A DNA stretch of 64,000 bases from the NCBI RefSeq assembly GCF_006345805.1, contig NC_043016.1:30504001-30568000 (forward strand), read 5' to 3'. The notes beneath the pieces are model-generated. The model had not been told where the DNA came from and made no database searches. It saw only the letters and a list, made by a program, of their open reading frames with translations. This stretch comes from Octopus sinensis. Lineage: Eukaryota. Of the stretch, positions 39,367-52,487 are shown one piece after another. Both the position numbers and the translations under genes were made by a program. Position 1 is the stretch's first letter. Each line of letters opens with the position of its first letter.

Positions 39367-41401
39367 ATGACATATTGTATAAAATTTAATCTTTAGCCAT
39401 CAATTAGGATATTTTGAAAACAAATTGGCTGACACATCATCATCATCGTTTAATGTCTACCTTCCATGTTATCATGGGTGGGATGGTTTGACAAGAGCTG
39501 GCCAGGCAGTCCTGCACCAGACTTCTGTAACTGTTTTGGCAGGATTTTTACAGCTGGGTGCCTTTTTCTAACACCCACCACTCAGCAATAGAACATTATT
39601 AGAAAAGTTTTATTGCAGCTAATTTGGTACTGCCTTGTTTTAAGTTCAAAGATTTTTGGAGGTCAACTTAGCATTCCATTCTTCTCAAAAGCTTGTCAAT
39701 TGAAATTGAAGAAAAAGGAAAAAGAGACATCTCATATCTTAGAAAGTCATTTACTTAAACTCTTAATATTGCATCCTACCAAAGATCACTTCGCCTCTAT
39801 GGTAGAGACTTCATGTTTTAAAGCAAAGCAATCTAAGTTAAAACCATCCATGAAAATTTCATGTTAATCCATGTTCCAAACATGAGCTTAATAATTGCAA
39901 AATTATTTTTAAAATGAATTGAAACAAGGCCAGTGTATTGCATCAGAAATATGGTAACAAAAGGGTTAAAAGTGATCTAAACTATAACCTTCTGTCAAAA
40001 TTTGATGTCAATTTATGTTCCAAACACCAGCTTAATGATGTCAGATTTTGGCACAAGGCCAGCAAAACCAGGGAAAGGGGTAAGTTCATTACTTTGAACC
40101 CCAGTGCTTAACTGGTACTTACTTTATTTACCCTGAAAGTTGACCTCAGCAAAGTTTGAGAAAATACCAACTTAATAATAATGAAGTGGCAGAAACTATA
40201 GTGCTACAATTGGTCTATTAATATATTTTTAGCTTTGTTATGAGTTCAGTTTTATTCTGAAATCAATATACAGGTCTAGGTTGATTCAGCTGTCCTCTTA
40301 GCTTTTTTTCTTTTTCTCCCCAAATGATCTTATGCTAAAGTTATTTAAAATAGAATTCTTTCAATATTGAAAAAAGATTTTAATCCTTTACAAATTAATT
40401 TCAGTAAAGGGATGTGCATCTTCATCATCATGTCCATTTTCCATGCTGGCATGGGTAGAATGGTTTGACAGGAACTGGAAAATCAAAATACTGCACCAGG
40501 TGGAAAGCACTCTTACTCATAGTAAGACTATGGTGGGGGACACACACTCACACATATATATACATGTGATAAGCTTCTTTCAGTTTCCATTTACCAAATC
40601 CAATCACAAGGCTTTGGTCAGGTTGGCCCAAAGCTATAGTTGAAGACACTTGCCTAAGATGTCATATAGTGGGACTGAACCCAAGATCATATTCTAATAG
40701 TTAGATACCAGCTGTTACCCTTTTCCACATAGAACCTAATATTCTGTAATCATCTTTAGATTCATTAAATTGTAATATATGCTGATAGAGTATTGCTATT
40801 TCCAAACATTGAATTATTAAATTAACTGGCTGCAAGCAGTTCTCCAGTGATACTAGTCTTTAAAAATTTCATATGGATACTTCAAAAGACCATTTCGGTA
40901 ATTTTTTTTCTCACTGTCAATGTCTTGATAATTGTTGATTGTGCATATGTTACTCCCTCCACTACCATTCATAGTTGACTTCCATCTTCCTCACTCAGAA
41001 TTCTGTTTTGAATTTCCATACCAACAATCATATAGGTGACCATGTGCAGACACTCTCCCTCTTTCTCTCTCTCTCTTTCCTAAATCATTTAGTCACTCTG
41101 TGCATTTTCTTTGTTTTCCTTAGTTACCCACTTAGATCTTTCCTCATTTTCACTCCTATTTGCTGATACTGGGACCATAACAGAATACGCTTGCAACACT
41201 CTGAAGTTGCTGGTAATAGGCAGGGCCTCTGGCTGTAGAAACAAGCCAAAAATGGGACCTCAAGAGAGGTAGCCATCGTGAATAATAATTTAACTTGGGA
41301 CAATGACCCATTCAATCCATGCCCGTGAGAAAGTGATAGTAAAATTGATGAGAAATGTTGGATTCAATAGTATCAAAAATAAATAAATAAAAGTATTCAG
41401 T

Positions 41402-41772
41402 AGGCATAAGTGTGGTTGTGTGATAAGAAATTTACTTCCAAGCCAGGTTCAGTGCCCCTGCATAGCACCTTGAGCAAGTATCTTCTACTAAATACCTCAA
41501 CCATTGAAAGCCTTGTGAGTGGATTTGGTAGACAGAAACTGAGAGAAGCACATTGTGTGTCTTTGTATTTGTTTCCCTCCACTGTTTGACAAATGGTGTT
41601 GATTTGATTATGTCCCTATAACTTACTGGTTCAGTATAAGAGACCATAAGAATAAGTACCAGGCTGAAAGAAAAATATAAATAATAAACTGGGATTCATT
41701 CGTTCAACTAAAACTTTTCAGGATGGTGCTCCAGCATGGCTGCAATCCATTAACTTAAACAAATAAAAGAAT
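41402..41772 (+). mobile_element. tRNA-derived SINE, family 1 (diverged)
   Basis: Family core is recognisable. Confidence 0.7.
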
Positions 41773-42194
41773 AATGGAATACATGATGACTAAGTAATTT
41801 GCTCAGCCAGAAGCCATAAAGTTCTAGATATGACTATTTTATTCTTAGTTCAGGCAACCAATTGACTCATTTATTTTTAAAGATGATAGTGTGTTTTAAA
41901 GGACTGGAGGAAGTTGTTTCTAGCAGTTCAAATGATTAACAACATAGAAGTTCTTGATGCAATAATAGTTTCCCCACCACACACACATGCACACTGATAA
42001 GAAGAGGAAGACCAGTACTTCTAAAATAGGAGGAAGATAGACATACTCAAATCAGATACCCAACCTGAATGCTTGCAACACTGGAAACATTTCAGGTCCA
42101 GATGATGAATTCAGTTTACCATCAAAGCACAGGAATAGTTCCTTTAAATGTGGCTGTTGGAAGGAGAGTTATTGAGGTATCTCAAGGAGCAACA

Positions 42195-42687
42195 CCATAA
42201 ATCCTCGAGTATAATCCGCATTTTTTCCCCAAAAATTTAACGGTCAAAATCCCTAGGTTAAAAATGAAAAATATTTTCTAAGCATTGTCCGAGTCTCTAT
42301 TTGCTGTCCAGCAATGTTTATTCAGACACATTTTGTGATGTCGGGCACGAAAATACCTTCAGCTAAGCCTGAAAGCAATAAAGTCATAAAAGAATCATCC
42401 ATAACTTGCAGTAAGCAACATTTATTAAAATAATAGTATTCAGAACACAGAATAACATGTAACAAAAACAATTTGCAAACATATTTACATTCTCATATAA
42501 CAGTTAAAAACATCACCATTATTGTATTACGCATGCGCGGAAGTGTTTGTTCAACTAAGTGCTGCTGACTTAATTATGCACGACTCAAGTTAGAGAAGGG
42601 GTGCGTATTATACACAAGGTTTAGGTTTTTCAGAGGTACAGACCCTTAAAAATCCCCTGCGTATTATACTCACTCGAGGATTTACGG
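42195..42687. mobile_element. pogo/Tigger-like MITE
   Basis: TIRs CCATAAATCCTCGAGTATAA and CTCGAGGATTTACGG|TA; an internal fragment recurs inverted at ~45718-45840. Confidence 0.7.
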
Positions 42688-43861
42688 TAATTACAGGACT
42701 AATAAGGGTAGCAATTGCCAGTTTAGAAGAAACAGGGTTTTTTGTTGTAGCTGTAAGGCTGGGGAGAGACTGTGATCATGGTCCATAGTCAGATTTAGGC
42801 TTTGAAATATATTGTGAAGTGGTTGGCATTTGGAAGGTCATCCAACTGTAAAGACCATGCCAAAACTGACCTTGCCTGTGCTGGTGCCACATAGAACACT
42901 CAGTCCAGTCTGCAGGGTGATTGGTGTTAGGAAGGGCAGCCAGCTGTAAAAAAACCTGCCAAAACAGACACAGTAGCCTGGGGTAGTCTTCTACCCAGAC
43001 AGCTCCTGTCAAATTATCCAACCCATGGAAGACAGACATTAGATGATGATGATGATTTAGCTATAGATTTTAGAGGTAGCCAGCTAGGAGATGGCATTTC
43101 ATATTTTTCCATCTGCGACAAAAACACTAAACTCAAATGGATTGGTCCACCATGGATGACAGCTGGTATGATATAATTTAGGTTTTCCTGGTTTAGGCTC
43201 ACTCACTCAAAATATATAACCTAAGATTTCATGACCACAACAGGTTACAAGTGTCTTATGCAAGAAATCATTTGGGAGATGAAGAGAAGATGCACCATAG
43301 AGCAAGTGAACACCAGTGTATAACTGGTGTGTGTTTTATTAACTGGAGAGGAAGAATGGCACTATACTAGCCAGCTCCCTAATTTTCTTCAGCTCTGATA
43401 ATGTCCAAAGATTGTTTCCATATTTAATCATTAAGAACCCCCACTCCTGTTCTCTCCTTAAACCCTGGTAACCTTTGTTAAACTATAACAGTTAGAAATT
43501 TTCCTGTTGGCATTTATTCCTATCATTAGTGACACCTTCTAATGACCAATTTTATCATCTCTGAAATAACTCTTCCCAAATCCCTTCTTTATATATTTTT
43601 TACCATTTACTCTGAATTCCATACGAGTGTGTATAAGTCTCTCTCTCTCTCCCTCACTAAGTCAGATGTAACTATAATAAAAAATGTTACACTTATGACC
43701 ATCTAGCAATAGAGATCTGCCTGCTGTTTCTAGCAGTTAGTGAACATATAAAGTGTGGCTCAGTAGTGTTTTGAATTCCTAACCCTTCATATATCAGTGG
43801 CACAACTATGTTAATGTCTTCTGATCTCTACTTACACTGCTTCTATATGTGGACAGTTATG

Positions 43862-44390
43862 TATGGGTTTCTGGAAGTTTTGTGCCGATTTTTAAAGGAA
43901 AGAAAAAGGTCAATAAATACTTGCCATTACACTTAATCAACCAAATATGAACCATTTTGTTCCACAATGTGTCTCCATCTTTCCTTTAACTTGAAAATAT
44001 CCTCTTCCCAGAATTGAGGTGGTTTCATGGCAAAGAATTCATCAAGGTATCTTTTTACATCATCCAAGGAAATGAAATTTTTACCATTAAGACTATTCTG
44101 AATAAGTGGAAATCCGAAGGAGCAATATCTGGTGAATATGGAGGGTGGAGTAACACATCCCAGCCGAGCTGCAGCAATTTTCATCTGGTTCCCAAAGTGC
44201 CGAAAATGAACTTTCTTATCTTCCATTTTAAAGGGTTACGGAATTAACACAGGTTATAAGGACATAAACCTTCTTCCACGAAAAGATAGCTTAAACTGTG
44301 CTCTAAATGGAGGTGTAGTCAAATCCTATTTTATGGACTCAACCATGTTCTAAAATAAGTCGAAAGGTAAGAACTTTCCGGACAACCCAA
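43862..44390 (-). mobile_element. Internally deleted mariner
   Basis: TIR TTGGGTTGTCCGGAAAGTT; start MEDKKVHFRH fused to a PPYSPDIAPSDF remnant and the C-terminus LKERWRHIVEQNGSY. Confidence 0.8.
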
Positions 44391-44784
44391 TACATCAGGG
44401 AAATATCTCACTGAGGTGGAAAAATCGAAAAATTGTCTCAACAGTTCACATTCATTCTTTTCTTCATCAGTCTTCTGGAAGCATAAGTTCATATCCCACT
44501 GCTGCCCTATGTAATATTTTTTGTAAGATGAATTGGTAGAAGCATTAGAATGTTAGGTAGAATACAAGTAATTTTTCTGACAGCCTTAATTCAAATTCTA
44601 CCAAGTGAGAAGAAACTCTCAAGAAAGCTGAATAACCAAAGGTATTCAGAGAAGAGTTATCACTTAGGCAAGTGTTCCTGCCCTTAACTTCTTACACTCT
44701 AAGAGGGCTGGACTGCATCCAGGTCACAACACCTGGGCTTCCTCCTGCTGACATCTTCATCCAGTCTGCAATTCTATCTATCTA

Positions 44785-44821
<37 letters not shown>

Positions 44822-44993
44822 TTACAGATATAGGGTAAAAAATTATTAATTTAAATAATTAATAAATTTTCAAGTAGTTTTGGTATGGAAAAGAACCATA
44901 TTCTGTAAAAACTTATACAAAATGATTTTTTCATATATATATAATTATAACTATAATTAAGGGTTTAGCAACAAGTTGCTTCACCACATACCA

Positions 44994-45540
44994 AAGGATG
45001 ACCTCCCTTTGCAAATACCGATAGGCCGCAGTAGTGTGTCAATAGCCAGCTGGAGAAGATGTTCTCCTGGGGCTACAAGCTACTGTAACACCCACCCTTA
45101 GTGGTTAGCCATATTGAGATGGAAAATATACCTCACATTGTCGTGCAGTTACTGTTTATACCTCGTTCAGAGATTTATTATTGCTTGTATACACTTTTTC
45201 GAGATCAGTGACGTAAAGTTACTGGAAAAAGGATATTAATATTTGCATTGGGACTCCCTTCCATCAAAAACTGGTGATTGTCGTGCGCTGATGACGGATC
45301 AATACCCAGAAACTTCAGTCCGTGCGTATCACTTAGGTTGACGAGGGAAGGATGACCTCCCTTTGCAAATACCGATAGGGCACAGAAAGTGTGTCAATAG
45401 CCAGCTGGAGAAGATGTTCTCCTGGGGCTACAAGCTACAGTAACACCCACCCTTAGTGGTTAGCCATATTGAGATGGTAGATATACCTCACATTGTCGTG
45501 CAGTTACTCTTTATACCTCGTTCAGAGATTTATTATTGCT
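44994..45540 (+). mobile_element. ~355-nt partial tandem unit (Penelope pLTR- or retrozyme-like) containing a hammerhead
   Basis: ~192-bp direct repeats at 44994-45185 and 45348-45540 flank a hammerhead motif. Confidence 0.65.
45282..45326 (+). ncRNA. Candidate type I hammerhead ribozyme
   Basis: CGUGCG-CUGAUGA-CGG(AUCAAUAC)CCA-GAAAC-UUCA-GUC^CGUGCG; 6-bp stem I with 2 G-U pairs; weak stem II (C/A mismatch). Confidence 0.6.
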
Positions 45541-45549
45541 TATATATAT

Positions 45550-45922
45550 ATGTGGCTGTGAGGTAAGTAGCTTGCTTCCCAACCACATGGTTCCAGGTTC
45601 AGTCCTACTTCGTGTCACCTTGGGCAAGCATCTTCTACTATAGCCTTAGGCTGACCAAAGCCTTGTGAGTGGATTTGGTTGATAAAAACTGAAAGAAGCC
45701 CGTCGTATATATGTAACCCCTTGTGTATAATACGCACCCCTTCTCTAACTTGAGTCATGCGTAATTAAGCCAGGAGCACTTAGTTAAACAAACACTTCTG
45801 CGCATGCGTAATACAATAATGGTGGTGTTTTTAACTGTTATATGTGTGTGTATGTTTGTGTGTCTGTGTTTGTCCCCCCAACATCGCTTGACAACCGATG
45901 CTGAAACAAGTAAAAAAGTAAA
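45550..45922 (+). mobile_element. SINE, family 1, carrying a captured MITE fragment
   Basis: Head and core present; 45718-45840 is the reverse complement of ~42500-42622. Confidence 0.75.
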
Positions 45923-45929
45923 GAGTAAC

Positions 45930-46338
45930 CTTTTATCTTTTGCCAGTTTTAGTCATTTGATTGTGGCCATGCTGGGGCACTACCTTAAAGGATTTTTGTG
46001 AAACAAATCAACCCCTGGGGTTTATTTTTTAAGACTAGTACTTATTCTATTGGTCTCTTTCACTGAATCACTAAGTTATGGGGACATAAGCACACCAACA
46101 CTTGTTGGCCATACAGTGGTGGGGGACAAACACAGATACAAAAACGCACACACATAGATATATACATACATATATATATGACGGGCTTCTTTCAGTTTCC
46201 ATCTACCAAATCCACTCAAGGCTTTGGTTGGCCCAAGGCTGTAGTAGAAGACACTAGCCCAAAGTGCCACACAGTGGGACTGAACCTGGAACCATGTGGT
46301 TGGGAAGTACTCTTCTTACCACACAGCCATGGCTGCAC
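45930..46338 (-). mobile_element. SINE, family 1 (antisense)
   Basis: Reverse complement of the family core. Confidence 0.8.
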
Positions 46339-48604
46339 CTATAAACTATGTCATACTATTATAATTGTTATGCTTTTATAAAACAATATTTCTGCTTTAT
46401 TTATCCTTTTAAAATTCAGATTATTCTATAAAATGTAAGGCTTATTTATTCAGAATGTTCTGAATTAATCATGAATAATCTCAAAGCTTTGCTTGTTTCA
46501 ATGACATGATTGTTAAGTTTTTATAACAACATTGTAGGATAAGAGTGAGAGGCCAGAACCAGCCAGTTTGAACATAGAATATCAGGGCCAGATATAGCTG
46601 GTTTAAATGCTAAGGAGTTATAAATGTTCAAAACACCACCATTTCACTACTCCTGTTTATAATCCCCTTTTCCACTCTCCCTTACTTTCAGACCTCCTAC
46701 GAAAGATAACCTTTGATGCTAGCTATATTATTTTCACTCGCAAATGTGGAGTTAGCTTGGATAATAGTTTAAAGTGCTGTGGAAATGATGCATTACTGTA
46801 CATGTATCACCATCATCATCATTTATCATACATCTTCCATGCTAACGTGGGTTTGACAGTTCAAGAGGATTCGATGAATCAAATGATTGCTCCAAACTAT
46901 GATGTCTGCTTTGGCATGATATCTACAACTGAATATACTGCAGTTAGAAATTATGTCCCTGGATCTTGAATTCATAGTCCTGTTTAGCTTGATTCAACTT
47001 TACAGTATCCCGTTATATATCTCTGGGTCAATGTTGAAGCCCTACTGATGTCAACTTTGCTTTTGGAGTTAATATGTCAGTACTAGATTTGTGTTCAGTA
47101 TTATTATCCTTCAGTTTTGTTTACCAAAATGATAAGAATCAATATTAAATGCTGTTGGGAGTCAGTTTTACACTTTTATCCCTTTAGGGACAATTCAGTT
47201 GATCCCTTGGGGATCAATTCAATGAGTGCTAGCTATATACTTGGAATCAATTCAATGTTCCATACCTCTTTTTCTAAGATATACCCTGTTACAATGTCAG
47301 GAATCATTATTACGAGAGCAATACAATGATGAACCATTGTACAAAATCTGTGGCATTTAGTTTGTGTTCTCACATTGACTTCACCTTTTCATCTTTCCAG
47401 GATCAATAAAAAGGAAAATGTCAATTGGAGAACTGTGATTGGCTTTAATTAACTGGCTGGCCTTGTACTTCAGTTACAAATTTTTTATTGATTTTCATTG
47501 ATGAAAACTTCCGCTTGTTTGCTACGGAATATATCTTCAGTTGTTATTGTCTAATTGTATTTCAGAATATGAACTAAAATGTTTCCAACCTACAAGGTTT
47601 TTTTTATTCCCCCAGAACCATATTATCTTATGTGTTCTTTTCTAAATCAACAGGGTATAATTTGAGGGAGAATAAGTTACTATTCTAACAAATCAAACAT
47701 CCAAGTGTGATGCTCCATAGTTGGCTTGAAGCAACAGTAGCTATCTAGTTCCAGGTCACCTTTGATCAAACCGACCTATCTTCAGAGGTATCCTAGTTAT
47801 GTAACTATCCAGTCTCTTTATATATTGTTCTGTGTATCTTTCCTTCTTAAGATGAGAGAATGTAATTTCAGAGAAATCTAACTGCTATTTCTGAGACTCC
47901 ATTGTTATTTCAAATCAACTCTATTTTTAATAATTGGTTCTTATTTTTATTACTCCTGAGAGATAAAAGTCAGTTGATTTACTCAACGATGTCACTGACC
48001 CTAAAATCTCTGGCATTTTCACATGTTGTAAAACTAGAAGCAAGCAAACATCTGATGATTTGTTTACCAGTTACATTGTTCACTTGTAGAAATGAGAAAT
48101 GGCTTTAAAAGAAAAAATGGTTGCGTGAGCTTTCTTGTTATTCTCTGTTACATTTGTATATAAATCAACATCGTTTATGTTTTATCTGACTATATGACGT
48201 TATAGTTTATGCTGAAGAGGATAATCCGAAGCTTTATATTCTTTTATAAGTATATTAATGTCATAAAGGAAGAAAATTGATTTCAACTAAAAATTGAATT
48301 TGGTTTGGAAGATTTCATGTTGGAAGTCTTTGATGTTTTTGCTACGTTACTTGCTTATCTCCCTTTACAAATGTCACCTAATGCACTGAGCACAACAGTA
48401 ATAATAAACTTAATGTTGATTACGTCCCTTCCTTTAAAGCCATTTCTCATTTCTACAAGTGGGGGACACACACACGCACAGCATGTGTGTGTGTGTATTT
48501 ATGTATTTTTAATACAGCAACTACTTTCACACGGGTATATCTTTCTGAGAAGTTTTAGTATTGGTTTCCTTATATTAATAATAAATATATATTATCAAAA
48601 AATA

Positions 48605-48650
<46 letters not shown>

Positions 48651-48652
<2 letters not shown>

Positions 48653-48865
48653 GGGTTGGCTAAAAGGTCACCCGACAGTATGTCAAAATATTCAATTTTA
48701 TTTATTCATTTTTTGAAAATGGTGTCGCTCACCAAGGACTTCAATGTGAACAATTTTCATGATATTTCATATTGAGATAGTTTTATTAAATTCATTCAGT
48801 TGTTAAACAAATAAATCTTGAGAATTAAATAGTTTTGATTACTGTCAGGTGACTTTTGCCCAATC

Positions 48866-48868
<3 letters not shown>
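48651..48868. mobile_element. Tc1/mariner-type MITE
   Basis: TIRs TAGGGTTGGCTAAAAGGTCACC and GGTGACTTTTGCCCAATCCTG|TA; inverted relative to the 36792-37012 copy. Confidence 0.75.
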
Positions 48869-48920
<52 letters not shown>

Positions 48921-48922
<2 letters not shown>

Positions 48923-49601
48923 CCGCAAGACTAGTGAAGCCATACCCATGGCCCCTACCTGGGACGTAGTCAGTCCACCTGTGCATACCTTCCTGCTTGT
49001 GATACTTGTGAAGACCTGTTGAGGCAAGTGAAAGTCAAATCGAATCAAATCAAAATAGATGAACATCAATGGAATTTGTATCCTTGTGTACCAGTGCCGG
49101 TGGCACATAAGATAACCATCCGAACGGGACCGTAGCCAGTACCACATTGACTGGCCTCCGTGCTGTGGGCACATAACAAACACCATCCGATCGTAGCCGT
49201 TCGCCAGCCTCGTCTGGCACCTGTGTCGGTGGCACGTAAGAAAACACCGAAAACACCATCCGAGCGTGGCCGTCTGCCAGCCTCGTCTGGCACCTGTGTT
49301 GGTGGCACATAAAAAACACCATCCGAGCGTGGCCGTCTGCCAGCCTCGTCTGGCACCTGTGTCGGGGGCACATAAAAAACACCATCCGAGCGTGACCGTC
49401 TGCTAGCCTCGTCTGGCACCTGTGTCGGTGGCACATAAAATCACCCACTACACTCTCGGAGTGGTTGGCGTTAGGAAGGGCATCCAGCTGTAGAAACACT
49501 GCCAGATCTGACTGGCCTGGTGCAGCCTTCGGGCTTGCCAGACCCCAGTTGACCCGTCCAACCCATGCTAGCATGGAAAGCAGATGTTAAACGATGATGA
49601 T
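48921..49601 (+). mobile_element. RTE LINE 3'UTR
   Basis: ~63-bp subrepeats (GCCAGCCTCGTCTGGCACCTGTG), terminal CCATGCTAGCATGG and a (GAT)n tail. Confidence 0.85.
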
Positions 49602-49986
49602 ATATATATATGTATGTATTTTCAAGAAAGTTAGAGGTTGTGAATCCAACCAACTAAGGGATAGTATCTATCTAATATACTGCTTGTAGAATACCCAATT
49701 ATTAATACAAAAGTGTTTTTTATTACATTGCCGAGTGTACTAAATGGGTGAGGGTAAAGAGATATTTCACCATTAATTTATAGAGCAATAAGAAAATGGA
49801 GGGGATCAATAGGTGGTTCATTAACTTTTAGACATTATATTATGTCAACTTATTTATTTATTTACTAAAATGACAATTATAACAATATACGTACATGTAT
49901 AACATAGTATGCTTTACGTATATAATACATAAAGATATCAGTAATTATTAAAATATATAACATACAGGAATAGAAATTAGGAAAAT

Positions 49987-50110
49987 ATCTTACAGTTGTT
50001 TCAGCCAAGAGGCAAAAATACCTCATTCAACCTTTATCCCTCCAGTAGACTGAAGTAATTAGTAGATGAAATTGAGGTACTTGGGTGTTTCTCTGGGCTT
50101 CATCAGAGAT
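49987..50110 (-). ncRNA. Type I hammerhead ribozyme with a ~100-nt stem II
   Basis: Minus strand reads AUCU-CUGAUGA-AGCCCAGAG...UACCUCA...UGAGGUA...CUCUUGGCU-GAAAC-AACU-GUA^AGAU; the core is intact. Confidence 0.7.
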
Positions 50111-50643
50111 TTTAGAAAGTACATTAGGTTAAATTATAAATATGTCTATAGATGGGTAGAGTGGTGATTTCAGAGTATTTAGAATGCTTTTTATGCTCTG
50201 ATACTGGTGATTCCTTTCCATCTTCAATCTTTAACTCCTTACGAACTTTGTAGGCAAAAGATCTGGCAACTTTTAAAAACCAAGATATTTCTAAATTGCT
50301 ATGCTCAGTCTTTATAACCACAATAACACATGTATAACCACATTTCTTGAGTAAGCTGAAGGTCTGCCATTATTATTTTCTGAAAGAAAAATTATTCAGA
50401 GTTAGCAAAAAATGCAGCAATGACCAAAACAAGGTATGTCCTCAAATACCTTATGTACCCTGTATAAATATATATATATATATATTTAACCAAGATATCC
50501 TTGGCCTGAACAGTAGCCGGTGGTATACAACTTGCTTGGATTTTTACCACTTCTGAAGTTCTGTCCACTATAAAACATATATAGCCTAGATCTTACCTAC
50601 TCTATTCCGTAACACTTGTGTATATATATCTATTAGTGATATA

Positions 50644-50675
<32 letters not shown>

Positions 50676-50681
<6 letters not shown>

Positions 50682-50892
50682 TTTATTGCCCACTGGGGGC
50701 AAAACACACAGGGGGCACACAAGGACTGACAAAGGGATTAAGTCGATTACATTGACCCCCAGCATGTAACTGGTACTTTATTTATCGACCCTGAGAGGAT
50801 GAAAGTCAACCTCAGAGGAATTTCAACTCAGAATGTAATGGCAGACAAAATACCACTAAGCATTTCGCCCAGTGTGCAAACAATTCAGCCAT
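50676..50892 (-). mobile_element. tRNA-derived SINE, family 2
   Basis: Reverse complement of the 12091-12321 body. Confidence 0.75.
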
Positions 50893-50902
50893 ATTTATAT
50901 AT

Positions 50903-51125
50903 ATAGGGTTGGTGCATAATTATTGCGGCTTTTTTTCAACAAATTTTATTCAACAAAAACAATAATATTTAGCAAAAAAATCTTTAAATGATGGTTTGAC
51001 CATCTGCCAAGCAAATGGGAAGCAGTAATTGAAGTAGGTGGTGAATATGCTCCAGAATAATCATTTAAAGATGTATCTGTTACATGTTGTTAAAAAAAAG
51101 CCGCAATAATTATGCACCAACTCAA
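50903..51125 (+). mobile_element. Mariner deletion derivative (MITE)
   Basis: TIRs GGTTGGTGCATAATTATTGCGGCTTTTTT and AAAAAAGCCGCAATAATTATGCACCAAC; internal HLPSKWEAVIEVGGEY transposase tail. Confidence 0.8.
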
Positions 51126-51609
51126 TATATACATATAGTGGAAAATGAAGGTAAACCCCAGTATAAATATCAAATTCTTATGTACATTTCACCATTGCAG
51201 TTATTTGGAACTCCTCATTGGATATTCTATGCACATCTAGGTAAGCATCCAGATGCACAAGGATGATCATGGGTATGTTTTATTCCCATGATCAAATATC
51301 TGAAGATAGACACATGGTGAGGTAATTTATGTGTATTTAGAGAAGGAAGTAAAAAGCAAGCAAGAAAGTGGTGGAGAGAAAAAAAAAGGAAGAAAAAAAA
51401 GACTGAACTAGATAGAAGTAAACAAGTTTAAAGAATAAAAATATTCCAATGGATAAAAAATGGATAAATACATTAAAAAAAAAAATTAAATGAAATAGAT
51501 AATTAAAATAAATAATTTATGTAAAATATAATATTTAAAATAAATGAAATACATAAACAAAATAAAAAATAAGAATAGGTGAAAAATAAATACATTCTTT
51601 TATTCTTTT

Positions 51610-52055
51610 CTTTTATTCTTTTACTTATTTCAGTCATTTGATTGCGGCCATGCTGGAGCACCACCTTAAAGGAGTTTTAGTCAAAGAAATCGAATCCAAG
51701 ACTTATTCTATGTAAACCTATTACTTATTGTATTGGTCTCTTTTGCTGAACTGCTAAGTAAGAGGGATGTGAACACATCAACATTGGTTGTCAAGCAATG
51801 GTAGGATGAGGTGTGAAGGCAAACACAGACACACACACACATAAGTATATACATATAGATACATATATATACATGTATATATACATGTATATATATATAT
51901 GTGATGGGCTTCTTTCAGTTTATGTCTACCAAATCCACTTACAAGCCCCGAGGCTATTGTAGAAAACACTTGCCCAAGGTGCCACGTAGTGTGATTGAAC
52001 TCGAAACAATGTGGTTCAGAAGCAAGCTTCTTACCATATAGCCGTGCCTGCACCT
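51610..52055 (-). mobile_element. SINE, family 1 (antisense)
   Basis: Reverse complement of the family core. Confidence 0.8.
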
Positions 52056-52224
52056 ATGATTTACTATTTGGTAGCGGAGGTATTCAATTTTTGCATTTAT
52101 TTCTCATTTCTCTTCTATCTCTTACCTGTTTCAATCATTAGACAGTGGCCATACTTTGAAGAATTTTTAGTTATGTATTTTATTCATTTTAACTATTTTG
52201 TGTGTGTATATATATATATATATA

Positions 52225-52487
52225 TCATCATCACCATTTAGCATCCGCTTTCCATGCTAGCATAGGTTGGATGGTTCAACTGGGGTCTGTGAAGCCAGAA
52301 GGCTGCATCAGGCCCAGTCTGATCTGGCAGTGTTTCTACAGCTGGATGCCCTTCCTAACGCCAACCACTCCGTGAGTGTAGTGGGTGCTTTTTACGTGCC
52401 ACCCGCACAGGTGCCAGACGGAGCTGGCAAACGGTCACGAACAGATGGTGCTTTTTACGTGCCACTGGCACGAGGCCAGTTGGGGCG
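52225..52487 (-). mobile_element. RTE 3' terminus
   Basis: Same terminal sequence as the other RTE copies. Confidence 0.8.

Noticed and set aside
43074-43165. Possible plus-strand exon (GSQLGDGISYFSICDKNTKLKWIGPPWMTA)
   Set aside because: Weak splice signals, downstream of the GABARAP stop, and no recognisable homology
47505-47550. Minus-strand CUGAAGA...AAAC hammerhead-like motif
   Set aside because: No GAAA, no stem II pairing and no NUH triplet
48305-48775. 156-aa ORF
   Set aside because: Spans microsatellites and a MITE; no recognisable domain
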